From positions 1 to 64,000 of the forward strand of contig CAWHXD010000005.1 in the NCBI GenBank assembly GCA_963833225.1: a DNA stretch of 64,000 bases, read 5' to 3'. Of the stretch, positions 15,320 to 25,946 are shown in pieces (positions within the stretch are counted from its first letter, which is position 1; the number at the start of each line of letters is the position of its first letter). The stretch is from an uncultured Chloroflexia bacterium. Its GTDB lineage: Bacteria > Chloroflexota > Limnocylindria > Limnocylindrales > CSP1-4. The notes under the pieces were generated by a model. That model had not been told where the DNA came from. It saw nothing but the letters and a program-made list of their open reading frames with translations, and made no database searches. Both the position numbers and the translations under genes were made by a program.

Positions 15320-15993
15320 TGCAAGCGTCCCACGAGGTGAGAGCGAACCGGCGGGATCACGTGGAGCAGCGGATACACGACCGGCGTCAGGCGGCCGAGT
15401 CGGCGTGCCAGCGGTGGCGCCACGGTCAGCGATCGCAGCTCCTTCGGCCACGAGGGGAACAGGCGACTGAGCCGCCTGGCGGAGACCCCGTGGACGGCCG
15501 GGTTGCCCGGGTTGCCAAAGCGGAGGTCGTACCACACCAGCCAGCCACCAGGCCGGAGCACCCGGCGGATCTCACCGGCCACGGCCGCCTCCATCGCGTC
15601 CGACGGGATGGAGCTGAAGAGGGTGACCGCCACCACCACGTCGAGGGACGCATCTGGGAATGGGAGCGCATCTGCCGACGCGACCGCGAACCGCGCGTGG
15701 ACCTGCCGCGACAGCGCCCTGTCGATGCGATCGGGCAGCAGGTCGATCCCGGACGCGTCTACGTCCGGCCATCGGCTCACGATCGTGGCGACGAGCGATC
15801 CATCGCCGCAGCCAACGTCCAGGATATCCGGTGGCCGGCCTGCTGGTAGGCTCCGGGCAATCAGCTCCAGGATCGCCCGGTCCCGCTCGTCGCTGAGTCG
15901 TGCGTAGCCGCGGTTGGACGGGTCCCAGAGGTGCGCGCGGCCCGTCGCCGCATATCGCTCGTAGGTCGCACGGATCTCGTCTTGGTCGTTCAT
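15307..15993 (-). CDS. Class I SAM-dependent methyltransferase
   Basis: ILDVGCGDG, DALPFPDASLD, RVLRPGG. Confidence 0.88.
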   Translation of the reverse strand: MNDQDEIRATYERYAATGRAHLWDPSNRGYARLSDERDRAILELIARSLPAGRPPDILDVGCGDGSLVATIVSRWPDVDASGIDLLPDRIDRALSRQVHARFAVASADALPFPDASLDVVVAVTLFSSIPSDAMEAAVAGEIRRVLRPGGWLVWYDLRFGNPGNPAVHGVSARRLSRLFPSWPKELRSLTVAPPLARRLGRLTPVVYPLLHVIPPVRSHLVGRLQCPA

Positions 15994-17033
15994 TCGTCGG
16001 ACTCAAGAGTGGGGACGCGTCCCTGGCGTCCTGCGAACCAGCGTGGAGCGAAGCGCAGCAGGCCAGCCCACGTACCGACCCCATACCCGACATGGAGGCA
16101 TGCATACGCGGCGATGACGTCTGGGAGCGTGGCGTCAAACTCATGGGCCACCTTCCGGCCAAACCATGTGGCCGCGGCCAGCCACACCGCCACCGCTACG
16201 AGCGCGAGCAGTGGAGCCCAAGGGATAGCCGCGGAAGCCACGAGGCACAGGGTGATCACCCCCACGAACGCCGCCGGCACGAGGTGCCGAGGCCGCAGGA
16301 CGCTCGGCCGCTTCTGGATGCCCCGCACCTTGAACAGGCCGTATCGGAAGTACTGCCGGAGCAGTCCTTGCCAGGACGCTCGGCTGACATACGTGGCTCC
16401 GATGGAGGGATCAAATCGTATTCGCCCCCCCGCGTCGAGGATCCGCTGGTTCAGCTCCTCGTCCTGGTCCTGAATCATCTCCGGGTCGAATAGCCCTACC
16501 CGCTCGAAGACCCACCGCGGCCAGCACCCGAGCCACACGGTGTCCACATCGATCGGGGAGTCGAGCAGGTGGAACCGCCTCCCGCCACCGATGCCGAACG
16601 GGCTCGTCGTTGCCGCCGAGGCTGCACGCCCGGCACGCGTCGCGCTGCCCTTGCGCATCTGCCCGCCCACGTTCCAAGCCCCACTGGACCGAAGGGCTGC
16701 GAGACAGGCGGACAGGTAGCCGGGATCCGGCTCCGCGTGTCCGTCCATGCGAACGATGATGTCACCGCGGCTCGCGCGGATTGCTGCGTTGAGGGCCTCG
16801 GGCGTTACCCGGTCCGGGTTGTCCACGAGCCGCACACGAGAGTCGCGCGCCGCGAGCTGCTCGATGACGCCCCTGGTTCCGTCGGTCGAGCGCCCGTCGG
16901 CAACGATCACCTCGATGTCGGCCTCGATCGGGTCCGCGAGCAGCGGCACGATCGCGCGCTCGATGGTCGTCGCCTCATTGCGTGCCGGGATGATCACCGA
17001 GACCGTCAGCGGGACGTCGGCAGCGGTCATCAC
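15990..17033 (-). CDS. Glycosyltransferase family 2 (ExoA-like)
   Basis: VSVIIPARNE, DGRSTDGT, RMDGH, QDEELNQR, RQYFRYG; C-terminal TMs. Confidence 0.9.
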   Translation of the reverse strand: MMTAADVPLTVSVIIPARNEATTIERAIVPLLADPIEADIEVIVADGRSTDGTRGVIEQLAARDSRVRLVDNPDRVTPEALNAAIRASRGDIIVRMDGHAEPDPGYLSACLAALRSSGAWNVGGQMRKGSATRAGRAASAATTSPFGIGGGRRFHLLDSPIDVDTVWLGCWPRWVFERVGLFDPEMIQDQDEELNQRILDAGGRIRFDPSIGATYVSRASWQGLLRQYFRYGLFKVRGIQKRPSVLRPRHLVPAAFVGVITLCLVASAAIPWAPLLALVAVAVWLAAATWFGRKVAHEFDATLPDVIAAYACLHVGYGVGTWAGLLRFAPRWFAGRQGRVPTLESDE

Positions 17034-17083
17034 GGTCGGACAAGGCTCGTTGTCGAGGTCGCCATGTCGAATAGCATACGAAT

Positions 17084-18044
17084 GTGGTTGTACCCCAAGG
17101 TCCCGTACGGCTCCCGGTGACTGTCGTCATCGTGACCTGGAACTGCGAGGCCACGTTGGGAGGGTGCCTGACCGCGGCCGCAGCAAGCCGTCCTGCACCC
17201 CCTGAACGGGTCGTCTGCGTGGATAACGGTTCCACTGACGCGTCCGTGGAGATCGCCACCGCAAGTGGTGCAGACGTCATCGCTCTGGGTGAGAACACCG
17301 GCTTTCCTAGGGCTGTGAACTCTGCACTCACAACATGCGAGTCAGCCTATGTGCTGCTCCTGAACCCTGACGTTGTGGTTGCCCCCGACGCCATCGCAAC
17401 TTGTGTCGACGTCTTTGCCAGGCACCCGCGCGTGGGAATCGTGGGAGCCAACCTGCGGCAACCTGATGGGCGGGCGGACCTCGCTGCGGCCCGGAGGTTC
17501 CGGACGCTCGGGCTACTCGCACTCGAGACTTCTGGCTTGCCCCGGCTCTCGCGCCGGCTCGACCTTCAGTACCTGCCGCATTGGGATCGGACAACTCCGG
17601 ACGGTCCCCTGTCTCAACGGCGCCTTCGCGCTTATTAGGACGGACCTGCTGCGCGCAGTCGGAGGGCTCGACGAGACAGCCTTCCTGTACCTCGAGGACC
17701 AGGAATTGTGTCGTCAGGTGGCGGCCCGTGGAAGGGACGTCTTCTTCGCAGCTGATGCCACAGCCATCCACGAGGTAAGCGCTGCAACCCGTGCCTCACG
17801 CCCTGATCAACAAGCGGTCGCCTACGTCCACCGGATCGATGCGAACGTGGAGATCATCAGGCGCTTGCAGGGGAATGCGAGCGCGCACGCGGCGCTCGTG
17901 CTCTGGGCCCAGCGAGGCATCGTTGGATGGTTGCTCGCGGTCATGCGGTCTGACGGCGACCGCCAGATGCGCTACGCCTTGGCGCTCCGCTGGCTGGCGC
18001 TGCAACTCACGGGGCGTCGTCCACCGCCGCCAGTCCCAGATTGA
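17084..18044 (+). CDS. Glycosyltransferase family 2 (rhamnosyltransferase-like; frameshift near 17600)
   Basis: VVIVTWN, DNGSTD, NTGF, LLLNPD in 17084..17638; GAFALIR, FLYLEDQELC in 17373..18044. Confidence 0.85.
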
Positions 18045-19160
18045 GTCGGCCGAGGTACAGGTCAGCGTAGTGGCGCGCCATCTGCTCCTGGGTGAAGCGC
18101 TCAAGCACTCGGGCTCGACCAGCCTCGCCCATGCGCAGCCTGAGGCTTGGAGAGGCGACGAGCCCGCGTAGCCGCTCGGCGAGCAGTTCCTCGTCCCCAA
18201 ACGGTACGAGGAAGCCGGTCTCCTGGTCAACTACGACTTCAGTTGCACCCCCGATATCCGTCCCCACGACCGGGATTTGAGGTACATCGCCTCGGCCTGG
18301 ACGATTTCGAACCCCTCGAATGTCGACGGCAGCGCCAGGACATCGGTCGCAGCCAGAACAACCGGTAGGTCGGTCCGAGCCCCCGTGAATTGCACGCGGT
18401 CAATGACCCCAAGGGTCGTAGCCTGCATCTCGAGATCCGGTCGCGTTGGGCCGTCACCAACCAATACGAGGAGGTCACATGGCCCGGCGAAGCGGGCGAA
18501 CGCACCGATTAGGTGGCGCTGCCCCTTGTGCGCCTCAAGATGGGCAACCTCCGTAATGACGTGGGAAACGATCTCAATGCCCAGTGCTTCTCGGGCTGCC
18601 GCTCTTGGTGGAGCGGTATCGAGTTCGGATGTGTCGATGCCGTTGTAGATGACCGCGTAGCGGCCGACAGGGATGTGAGTGTCTGCCTGCAGGATCCTGC
18701 CAGTGGCCGCAGAGTCGACCACGATGGCCTCATGGAGCGGGGCGAGCAGGCGTTCTACAAGCGGCTGCCACCGGTAGTAGCGACGGTGGACGGTCCCGAA
18801 CAGCCTGGCGCCGGCTATGCGGGCTGGGACAGCGCACAGGATCGACGTTCTGAACATGTGGGTGTGGACGATGTCCCAGTGCGGCCGTGAGAGCAACATC
18901 TTCGCCAATCTCCCGAGGCCCACTACGATTGCACCAAGGTCTCTCGGGCCGGGTCGCGCTGGCATCCCCAGATCGATGACGCGAATGCCGCTGGACCGAA
19001 GGCGCGCCCCGTAGACGCCCGGTCGTCCAAGGTTGAGAACAGTGACCTCGAACGTCGCGCGGTCGAGCGCCGCGGCGACGAGAGCCGTGAGTTTCTCGCC
19101 GCCCCCGAGGTCAAGGCCACCTACGACGTGGAGCACACGAAGGTGACGCTCGCGAGTCAT
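18007..19160 (-). CDS. Glycosyltransferase family 4 (frameshift near 18280)
   Basis: RVLHVVGGLDLGGGEK, DIVHTH, IYNGID, KGQ, PSTFEGF..EAM, TDIGGATEVV. Confidence 0.88.
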
Positions 19161-20122
19161 CGGAGGCCGTACTCCTTCGCCATGTGCGCGAGCGTTGCTT
19201 CGAGGTCGGGCATCAGCCCGCTGTCCCGCAACCAGGTCGCCTGTGCCGTGCAGAACCTTGTCTGATCCACAAGGGCTTCGAGGCGCCCGAGCGAAGGTGC
19301 CCACCGACTCGCAAAGCCAAGCGGCGGGGCAATGATGCTGCCGAGCGCCGAAGGGAACGCAGTCAACCGCGCAGGTCGACCGACTGCCTTCCCGGCGAGG
19401 CGAGCTAGCTCGTCCAGTGGCAGCGGATTGTTGATGATTAGGACAGATGGCACCGACTCGACTGTTGCAGCGACAGCGATGGCCCGTGCGACGTCGCTCA
19501 CGGCGACGTAGTTCGTCCAGGCGTGGGCGTGGATGAGCCGGCGACCAGACGCGATTCTCGCCAACAAGCGCCGCAGTGGGCGCATCGGGTGGCGGGAGCC
19601 GATCACATTCGACGGCTGGATTACCTTGGCCCATCCCGCGGCTTCGAGCACGGCAGCCTCAGCCATCGCCTTGCTGCGCTCATACGGCCCGGTGGGCCGG
19701 CGTGGGCTCATCTCATCGACCTGAGTATGCGGATGACCATACACGCCCGTACTGGACACATAGATGAACCTCTTCACGCCGGCAGCGCGCGCTGCACCCA
19801 TGAGGCGAGCCGTGCCATCGACATTGACACTGCGCAGTGCGTCGGCGTTATCGGAGCGCACCAGCCCGGCAGCGTGAATGACAATGTCGGCACCGTCCAC
19901 CAGCCGCTGGCAATCACCGGTCGCAAGGATCGAGCCAGTCACGACCTCTTCCGTCGCCGAGCCGGCCCGAGCGGAGCGAGACATGATGCGGATCCGGTGG
20001 CTCGCGAGCGAGGCAAGCAACGACAATGTCGCGGTGCCAACGTATCCAGTCGCACCTGTGATGGCGATGACGTCGGGGCGAGACGACCTCGCTTTCTCCG
20101 TTGCAGCGTCGTGGATCACCAA
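19157..20122 (-). CDS. NAD-dependent epimerase/dehydratase
   Basis: ITGATGYVG, IHAAG, YVSSTGVYG, YERSK (YxxxK). Confidence 0.9.
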   Translation of the reverse strand: MVIHDAATEKARSSRPDVIAITGATGYVGTATLSLLASLASHRIRIMSRSARAGSATEEVVTGSILATGDCQRLVDGADIVIHAAGLVRSDNADALRSVNVDGTARLMGAARAAGVKRFIYVSSTGVYGHPHTQVDEMSPRRPTGPYERSKAMAEAAVLEAAGWAKVIQPSNVIGSRHPMRPLRRLLARIASGRRLIHAHAWTNYVAVSDVARAIAVAATVESVPSVLIINNPLPLDELARLAGKAVGRPARLTAFPSALGSIIAPPLGFASRWAPSLGRLEALVDQTRFCTAQATWLRDSGLMPDLEATLAHMAKEYGLR

Positions 20123-20179
20123 CTCGTCCCGCAGATGACACCCAATGGGAGTGTTTCCTGAGGCAGGGCGTCGCGAAGC

Positions 20180-22422
20180 CTAACGTCGTATCTCACGGCG
20201 CTCAAGGAAGTGTCGGGCGACCACCTGGTCCACGAACCCCATCCTGGCACCTGCGTCGCGCATTCGGTGCCACAGGTTCCAGTCGCCTGGTTCGTGGAGC
20301 CGCCAGGAGTCGATGTCGTGACGAAGGATGCGGAGGTCCAGGGAATACAGGACGGCAGCATGAACGATTTGTCCCCTCCCGCAGCGGCCAATTCCCCACG
20401 CGCGTCCACTCTCCTTCGCTGATCTCCATGTCCGCAACGCCGAAGGCGAAGTCGAGCGAACCGGTGAGACATGCGTCCAGAAGGGCCTCGACATGGTCGG
20501 GGGTGAACTCGTCGTCGTCGTCGAGTGGGGCCAACCATTCCCCGGCGGCAATGTCGAGAGCATGGTTCATGGGTGCCTCGCCCGCGACCATCCACCGGTG
20601 CTCAGGGCGGCTGGGGTATGCGCCACGGACCGGCAGATTGACGAAGCGTAGCCGCTTGTCGGCGACCGACAGGACGGCGTCTTCCGTCGCCTGATCGCAG
20701 TGATCCCCTACCACCAGGATCTCCAGGTTCTGGTGGGTCTGCGCCTGCGCTGAGGCGATCGCACGCTCCGCCACCAGCCGCCCTCGATCGTATGTGGCGA
20801 TCCTGACAGTGACGAGGGGCGGCTTGCCCTGCAGCCAGATGTCGGGTCTCACAGCGCGCATCTCCGGGAGTTCACGCCTCACTCGCCGTGCCTCCGACCT
20901 CTGGCGCAGCCACACCCTCCAGCCACCATATCGAAGGAGGCCGTACATGCGCTTCAGGCGAGTTGCGTCGGTCTTGACCAGCAAGGCAGCCAACAGCACC
21001 GTGAGTAGTCCCGTGACGATCAGCGTGGCGATGTCACCAGCGACGAGCGAAGCGACCACCCCGACGACGGCCGCTGCACCGCCACCCACGGCGAAGCCGG
21101 TCAGCGCACCCCTTGCCAGCGGCAGGATCGCAATCTCGAGAGATCTGGCCGTCAGTATCGGGAGAAGGACGACGTTCGATACCAGCAGCGTAGCGAGCGT
21201 TGCGATGGCCGGACCCTGCTGAAGGCCGGCACTTGCGAGGAGAATGCTTCCTGAGAGGCTGAACACGGCCTCTGCAAGCACTAACGGGCCGAGGAACCAG
21301 TGGCGGCTCCTGCTGATCAGCAGGAGCACCAGGACGTGGCCAGGTGCGTTCAGCGCCCAGACCAGGGCGTAGATACGAGCAATGGTGACGGAGAGTTCCG
21401 GCGCGTTCCCTACCCACACTCGGAGCAGCACGTCCGCCTCGGCGGCGATGACGCCGAACCCGAGCGCGGCGAGCAGAGCCGACGCTCTCATGAGTACGCT
21501 CCCCGTCGGCAGGCTGCGAGGGCCGAGCGCGGCTAGCCGTGGAAAGCCCACGTCGATCAGTGCGAACAGCAGCGAAGCGGCGACCGCCGGGATCGCGGAA
21601 CCGACTGAATAGTCCCCAGCGGCCGCAGCGCCAAAGAAGAACCCGACCACAAGCACGTCGGCCCGCATCCCAATCTGGCTGCCGAGCGCCGTCATCCACA
21701 GCGGCCCAGAGAACCTGAGAACTTCGCGGATCTCTGCTGTTCTTCGCGTGAGTCCGGGGATGGCTCGCCAGCGGAGCAGGACTCCAACGGTCACCCCGAT
21801 CCCGAGCAGCCTCGCTGCCAGTAGAGCCGTCGCCCCACCGAGGAGCCCGTGTGTCGGAACAAGCACCAGCACGAGGACGACGCCGACGGCGGCCGACGTC
21901 AGTGCGGTCACGGCCCACATATCGAACCGCTCGCGACCTCTCACCGTTCCAGCCAGGGCGCTTGCTCCGAGGCCGAAGGCAGCCTCTACCACGGCGAGGA
22001 CCATGACAGCTGTGGCGGTGGAGGCCTCCGTCCCGTTGAGACCGAGTACGGCAAGCTGGGACCCACGCGAGAGCGATCCCCAGCCCGCCGATGACGACCC
22101 CGATTGCAACCGCGACCGTGTGAGGCGCACGTACTTCTGTCCGACAGGCCGCCTCATTTCGGGCCAGTGCCGCGTGCCGGGTGGCCGAGAACATCAGACC
22201 GCCTTCGAGCAGCATCGTGAAGGACTTGACCGCCGCCACCACGGCCCAGACACCGAAGAGGTGCGGACCGACGACACGGTAGATGACGGAGGTGCTCACC
22301 AAGCCGAATGCCGCCAAGGCGCCCCAGGCGAGGGCGTTCCACAAGGCGTTGGGCGTTCTCGCTCCCAACTGGCCCAGCCCGCCTGGAGTGGGGGTGATTG
22401 CGCTTCCGCGGAGACCAGTCAT
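20180..22422 (-). CDS. Wzx-like oligosaccharide flippase fused to a C-terminal GT2 domain (frameshifts near 22070 and 20375)
   Basis: Polytopic region (FGVWAV, VLRFSGPLW, RADVLVVG, AGDYSVG) continues in frame into PLVTVRIATYDRG..APLDDDDEF; GDWNLW in the next frame. Confidence 0.75.
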
Positions 22423-22785
22423 CGGGACGCCAAGGTGCTCCTCACGCACGCAAGCGCGAGGGACGTCGGGATGCCATCGCTCTGCTCAGGAGACCTCCAT
22501 TCGGCCGGCGTTTCCCCCCGCCCTTCGCTGGATAACGTGGCTCGCGCTGGCCGCTGACCTTCGCGGGTATGCCGGCTGACGCGGACACAAGGTGGCATGT
22601 CAACGAGAACACGAATACCGTCAAGCCTCCGTTCACAAGATGGCGGACGCCTCGACGGGGTCGTGGCACCTCCTCCTCGTGCATAAACCCGGGATAGGGA
22701 GCAATGGGGCATTGTCTTGCGCTCCGACCCGGGGGCAACACTACTCGGGCCCAGGGCGCCTGACGTCCCCTTCCAGGGGGCACAT

Positions 22786-23463
22786 CTAGAAACTGAATGC
22801 CCGCTGCGCGCGCTCATCAGCCTGGCCGCGCCAGTGCTCGGCATCAACCCTGCTGTGATAGCTGCCCCCGGAGTCCTGCGGGCGCTCGGGCAATGGCTGT
22901 CCGGCTACGAGGCGCGGCCAGTACGTGCGGAACAGGACCATCTCCAGAGAATGGATGATTGCGACCAGCCTGCCGGCAGTGATCCCCGCGGGCACCTCGG
23001 CCCGTGTCCGGTCCACGACTGGGCCGCGATCGAGTTCGACCGTCATCCGGTGGATGGTCGCCCCTGCCGGCTCGCCTGCGACGATCACCCACAGCCATGG
23101 GTAGAACCCACGGCCCCAAGGTAACCATCCTGGATGGACGTTGTAGGCACCCTCGAACAAGGCCAGCTCCCCTGGAGTGAGGATTCGTGGATAGTGGACT
23201 GACACGGCGAAACGGCCACTCGCCTCGGTGATCGGGCCAGAGCGTGTTTCGAGGCCAAGACGTCTGGCTAGCAACGTGACTTCCTCATCCTCGTGGGCGA
23301 CCCAGATGATGCCGACATCGTGACGGCGCACGCTCCTGAGGACCTCGCGCGCCAGGGTCGGGCCCAGCAAGAGGTCGACTCGTTGGGACCTCCCTTGCCG
23401 CGTGGTGCGCCCTGTGGATCCTGCTCCTGGACGACTCGCGCCACCTTGCTCGGTGTGTTTCAT
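22786..23463 (-). CDS. Formyltransferase, sugar N-formyltransferase-like
   Basis: SVHYPRIL, NVHPGWLPWGRG, GATIHRM..LDRGP. Confidence 0.82.
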   Translation of the reverse strand: MKHTEQGGASRPGAGSTGRTTRQGRSQRVDLLLGPTLAREVLRSVRRHDVGIIWVAHEDEEVTLLARRLGLETRSGPITEASGRFAVSVHYPRILTPGELALFEGAYNVHPGWLPWGRGFYPWLWVIVAGEPAGATIHRMTVELDRGPVVDRTRAEVPAGITAGRLVAIIHSLEMVLFRTYWPRLVAGQPLPERPQDSGGSYHSRVDAEHWRGQADERAQRAFSF

Positions 23464-23625
23464 TTCCTCATCCAGGTGCATGGCCTGGCTCGCGAACGGA
23501 ACTCGACGCCCAAGGCTCATTTGCAACCGACATGTCCGCGGTCGTCACAGTACCGGCGCCGGTCGCGGGTAATCTCGCGGCCTTGGCGAGCGCATGGACA
23601 TTACCGAGTTCAACTCACAGCTCCG

Positions 23626-24717
23626 TCACACGGCCTTCCTGATTGTCCCGCCGATGAGCTCGACGTCTGTTGAGGTCATGGACTCGAACAGGGGGATGCA
23701 GAGGATCCGCTCGTGAGCCACTTCGGTCGCGGGAAGTGGACGGGTGTGCAGGTGGGCGAAGGCGTCCATACGATGGCATGGCTTGAAGTACCGCTTCGTC
23801 TGGACTCCGGCTGCCGTCAACGCGGTCTCCACTTGATCCCGCAGCGACGAGTTGGCGAAGGCGATGGCGAAGTCCTTGCAGGTTGAACGGTCCTCGAGCC
23901 GGACACGCTGATAGGAGAGGCCGGAAACGTCGGCAAGAATCTGCATGTAGTGCGCCACGTGAGCGGCGCGCGCCGCCAGCGCATCCTCAATGCGCCGAAG
24001 GGTCAACAGGCCCAAGGCGGCATGTAGCTCGGACATCTTTCCGTTGAGACCGACGAGCTTCGAGTTGTAGTCGCCTGAGAACCCGTAGCCCCGCAGCAGC
24101 TCGATCCGTCTCAGAAGCTGGGCGTCGCGAGTGGCAATCAGCCCACCCTCCGCGGTCGTTACAGGCTTCGTGCCCGAGAGCGAGAACACCTCGGCATCAC
24201 CGAGGCCGCCCACCTTCACGCCGTCGCGCGTAGCCCCGTAGGCGTGCGCGGCATCGAACAGGAGGCGGGCTCCCAACTCATCGGCGATGATGCGCAGCCT
24301 CTCAGCATCTGCAGGATTGCCGAAGACGTGGGTCGCGACGATCAGGGTGACCCCCGGATGTTCGGCGGCTGCTTGCCGAGCGTCGTCCGGATCCATGTTG
24401 AACGTCCCAGGGTCCACATCGACGAACACCGGAGTCAATCCGTTCCAGATGATTGCGTTCACGGTTGAGTTGAACGTGAATGACGGCACGAGACACGCTG
24501 ACCCATGCGGCAGGCCCATGGCAGCGATGGTGAGGGTGAGCCCAATGTCCCCGCTGACGACGACGCGTGCTGGGACGCTGAGGTAGTCGGACGCCATGGC
24601 CTCAAGACGACTTGCCATCGGCCCGAAGTTGGAGAGCATGTGCGTGTCCCAGACTTCCGCGAGCAGGGCCGTGTACTCCTCCAGAGGCGGTAGGTGCGGT
24701 CTGGTAATGGGGATCAG
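23626..24717 (-). CDS. DegT/DnrJ/EryC1/StrS PLP-dependent sugar aminotransferase
   Basis: PSFTF, PVFVDV, THVFGNP, FDAAHA, FSLSGTKPVTTAEGG, GLNGKMSE; the frame extends upstream to IPITRPHLP. Confidence 0.9.
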   Translation of the reverse strand: MIPITRPHLPPLEEYTALLAEVWDTHMLSNFGPMASRLEAMASDYLSVPARVVVSGDIGLTLTIAAMGLPHGSACLVPSFTFNSTVNAIIWNGLTPVFVDVDPGTFNMDPDDARQAAAEHPGVTLIVATHVFGNPADAERLRIIADELGARLLFDAAHAYGATRDGVKVGGLGDAEVFSLSGTKPVTTAEGGLIATRDAQLLRRIELLRGYGFSGDYNSKLVGLNGKMSELHAALGLLTLRRIEDALAARAAHVAHYMQILADVSGLSYQRVRLEDRSTCKDFAIAFANSSLRDQVETALTAAGVQTKRYFKPCHRMDAFAHLHTRPLPATEVAHERILCIPLFESMTSTDVELIGGTIRKAV

Positions 24718-25442
24718 GGTCGTGCCTCCACAACCAGGTGACTGTCCGCGCGCGTCTCCAGGAGCCTGAGGTCCGGATCTTCGCTTTCACCGATGCGCAC
24801 GCGACGCACATCAGTGAATCCGGCCTCGCGTAATCGCCCGGCCAGCTCAGTGAAGTCGTACAGGTACAGGTGGCCCCACTCCCGCATTGCGGTATTCAGC
24901 ATCCGCACGGGCGTGTCGATCTGCGCATATGCAGGCCAGGTCAGCCACTCATGCTCGCTACGCCAATCCTCGCCGGACGTGCAACTCGCGAGGAGTCGCT
25001 CAAGATCGGGTGTGGCGATCCGGACGGTCCCGTCGGGTGCGATGGCTCTCCGCCAATCACGGAAGAGACCCATGGCAGCGTCTAGTGAGAAATGCTCAAC
25101 GAGGTGCTCAGAATAGATCGACGTCACCGAGGCGTTCCTGACCGGCAGTCCGAAGCGCAGGTCCACAAGGATGTCGGCGGGGGGCTCGAAGTCGATGTTG
25201 ACCCAGCCGTCTATCGGGGCGTGGCCGGATCCCAGGCATAGACGGAGAGGTCGCGGAGCATCCTTGAGTTGCTGAGTCGCGAGGGCGCACAGCACTTGGC
25301 CACGCGCGGTTGACGCCACCGCAGCGAAACCGCCCGTGATGATCACGGCTGCGCGCTTCGCCACTCGCGTGGCGACCTCGGCTGGAGTCCTCCTCGGCGT
25401 GTCGGCCGACCTCAGCTCGGCGGGCTTCGTCGGGTCTTGCAT
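24714..25442 (-). CDS. SAM-dependent methyltransferase
   Basis: LRLCLGSG..GWVNID, IYSEHLVEH, PDGTVRIATPD. Confidence 0.82.
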   Translation of the reverse strand: MQDPTKPAELRSADTPRRTPAEVATRVAKRAAVIITGGFAAVASTARGQVLCALATQQLKDAPRPLRLCLGSGHAPIDGWVNIDFEPPADILVDLRFGLPVRNASVTSIYSEHLVEHFSLDAAMGLFRDWRRAIAPDGTVRIATPDLERLLASCTSGEDWRSEHEWLTWPAYAQIDTPVRMLNTAMREWGHLYLYDFTELAGRLREAGFTDVRRVRIGESEDPDLRLLETRADSHLVVEARP

Positions 25443-25946
25443 GTATCAACTCTAGGAGACCGGCCTCGACATTCGTCTGACCCTGACCTCCTATGACGGA
25501 CATGACCATAAGAGCGGCCGAACACGGTTCGGCACAGCGCAGTCTGCCCGAGAGTCGAGTCCCTCGCTGATCGCGCGCCGGCGGCCAAGCTCGGCCATCG
25601 GGCATGGAGGCCCACCTTCGTTCAGCCTCAGCGTGGAGGGCGGCGGCCAGGCGGGGGACCGGGCGGTCGGGTGAATCTCGAAGATCACACTGGCCGGGGT
25701 TGGCGTGGCAGTTGTCGCGTCGTCCACCGCCCGGGTGGCCACCCGAGCTGCAATCACAGCCCGGCTGCGCACGCAGTCGTTTCGGGTTCCCGTGTCGAAT
25801 GGAGGGACAAGGTGCTGCTGCAGATCGGCCTCGTGATGCGCACATGACCCCGTCAACGAAGGCGTACTGATGCTCGTGGCGACCGTGTCGCCGTCGAGGC
25901 GGCCGCCGGGAGTCATGATCCCACTGAGGGGGTACGCTCACCCGCT

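Noticed and set aside
22430-22785. Possible regulatory RNA or small ORF upstream of the flippase
   Set aside because: Only short GC-rich stems and TTGAC-like hexamers without a convincing -10 or known motif.
25443-25946. ORFs 25108..25941- and 25491..25916-
   Set aside because: No recognisable motifs or RBS; more likely a divergent promoter region.
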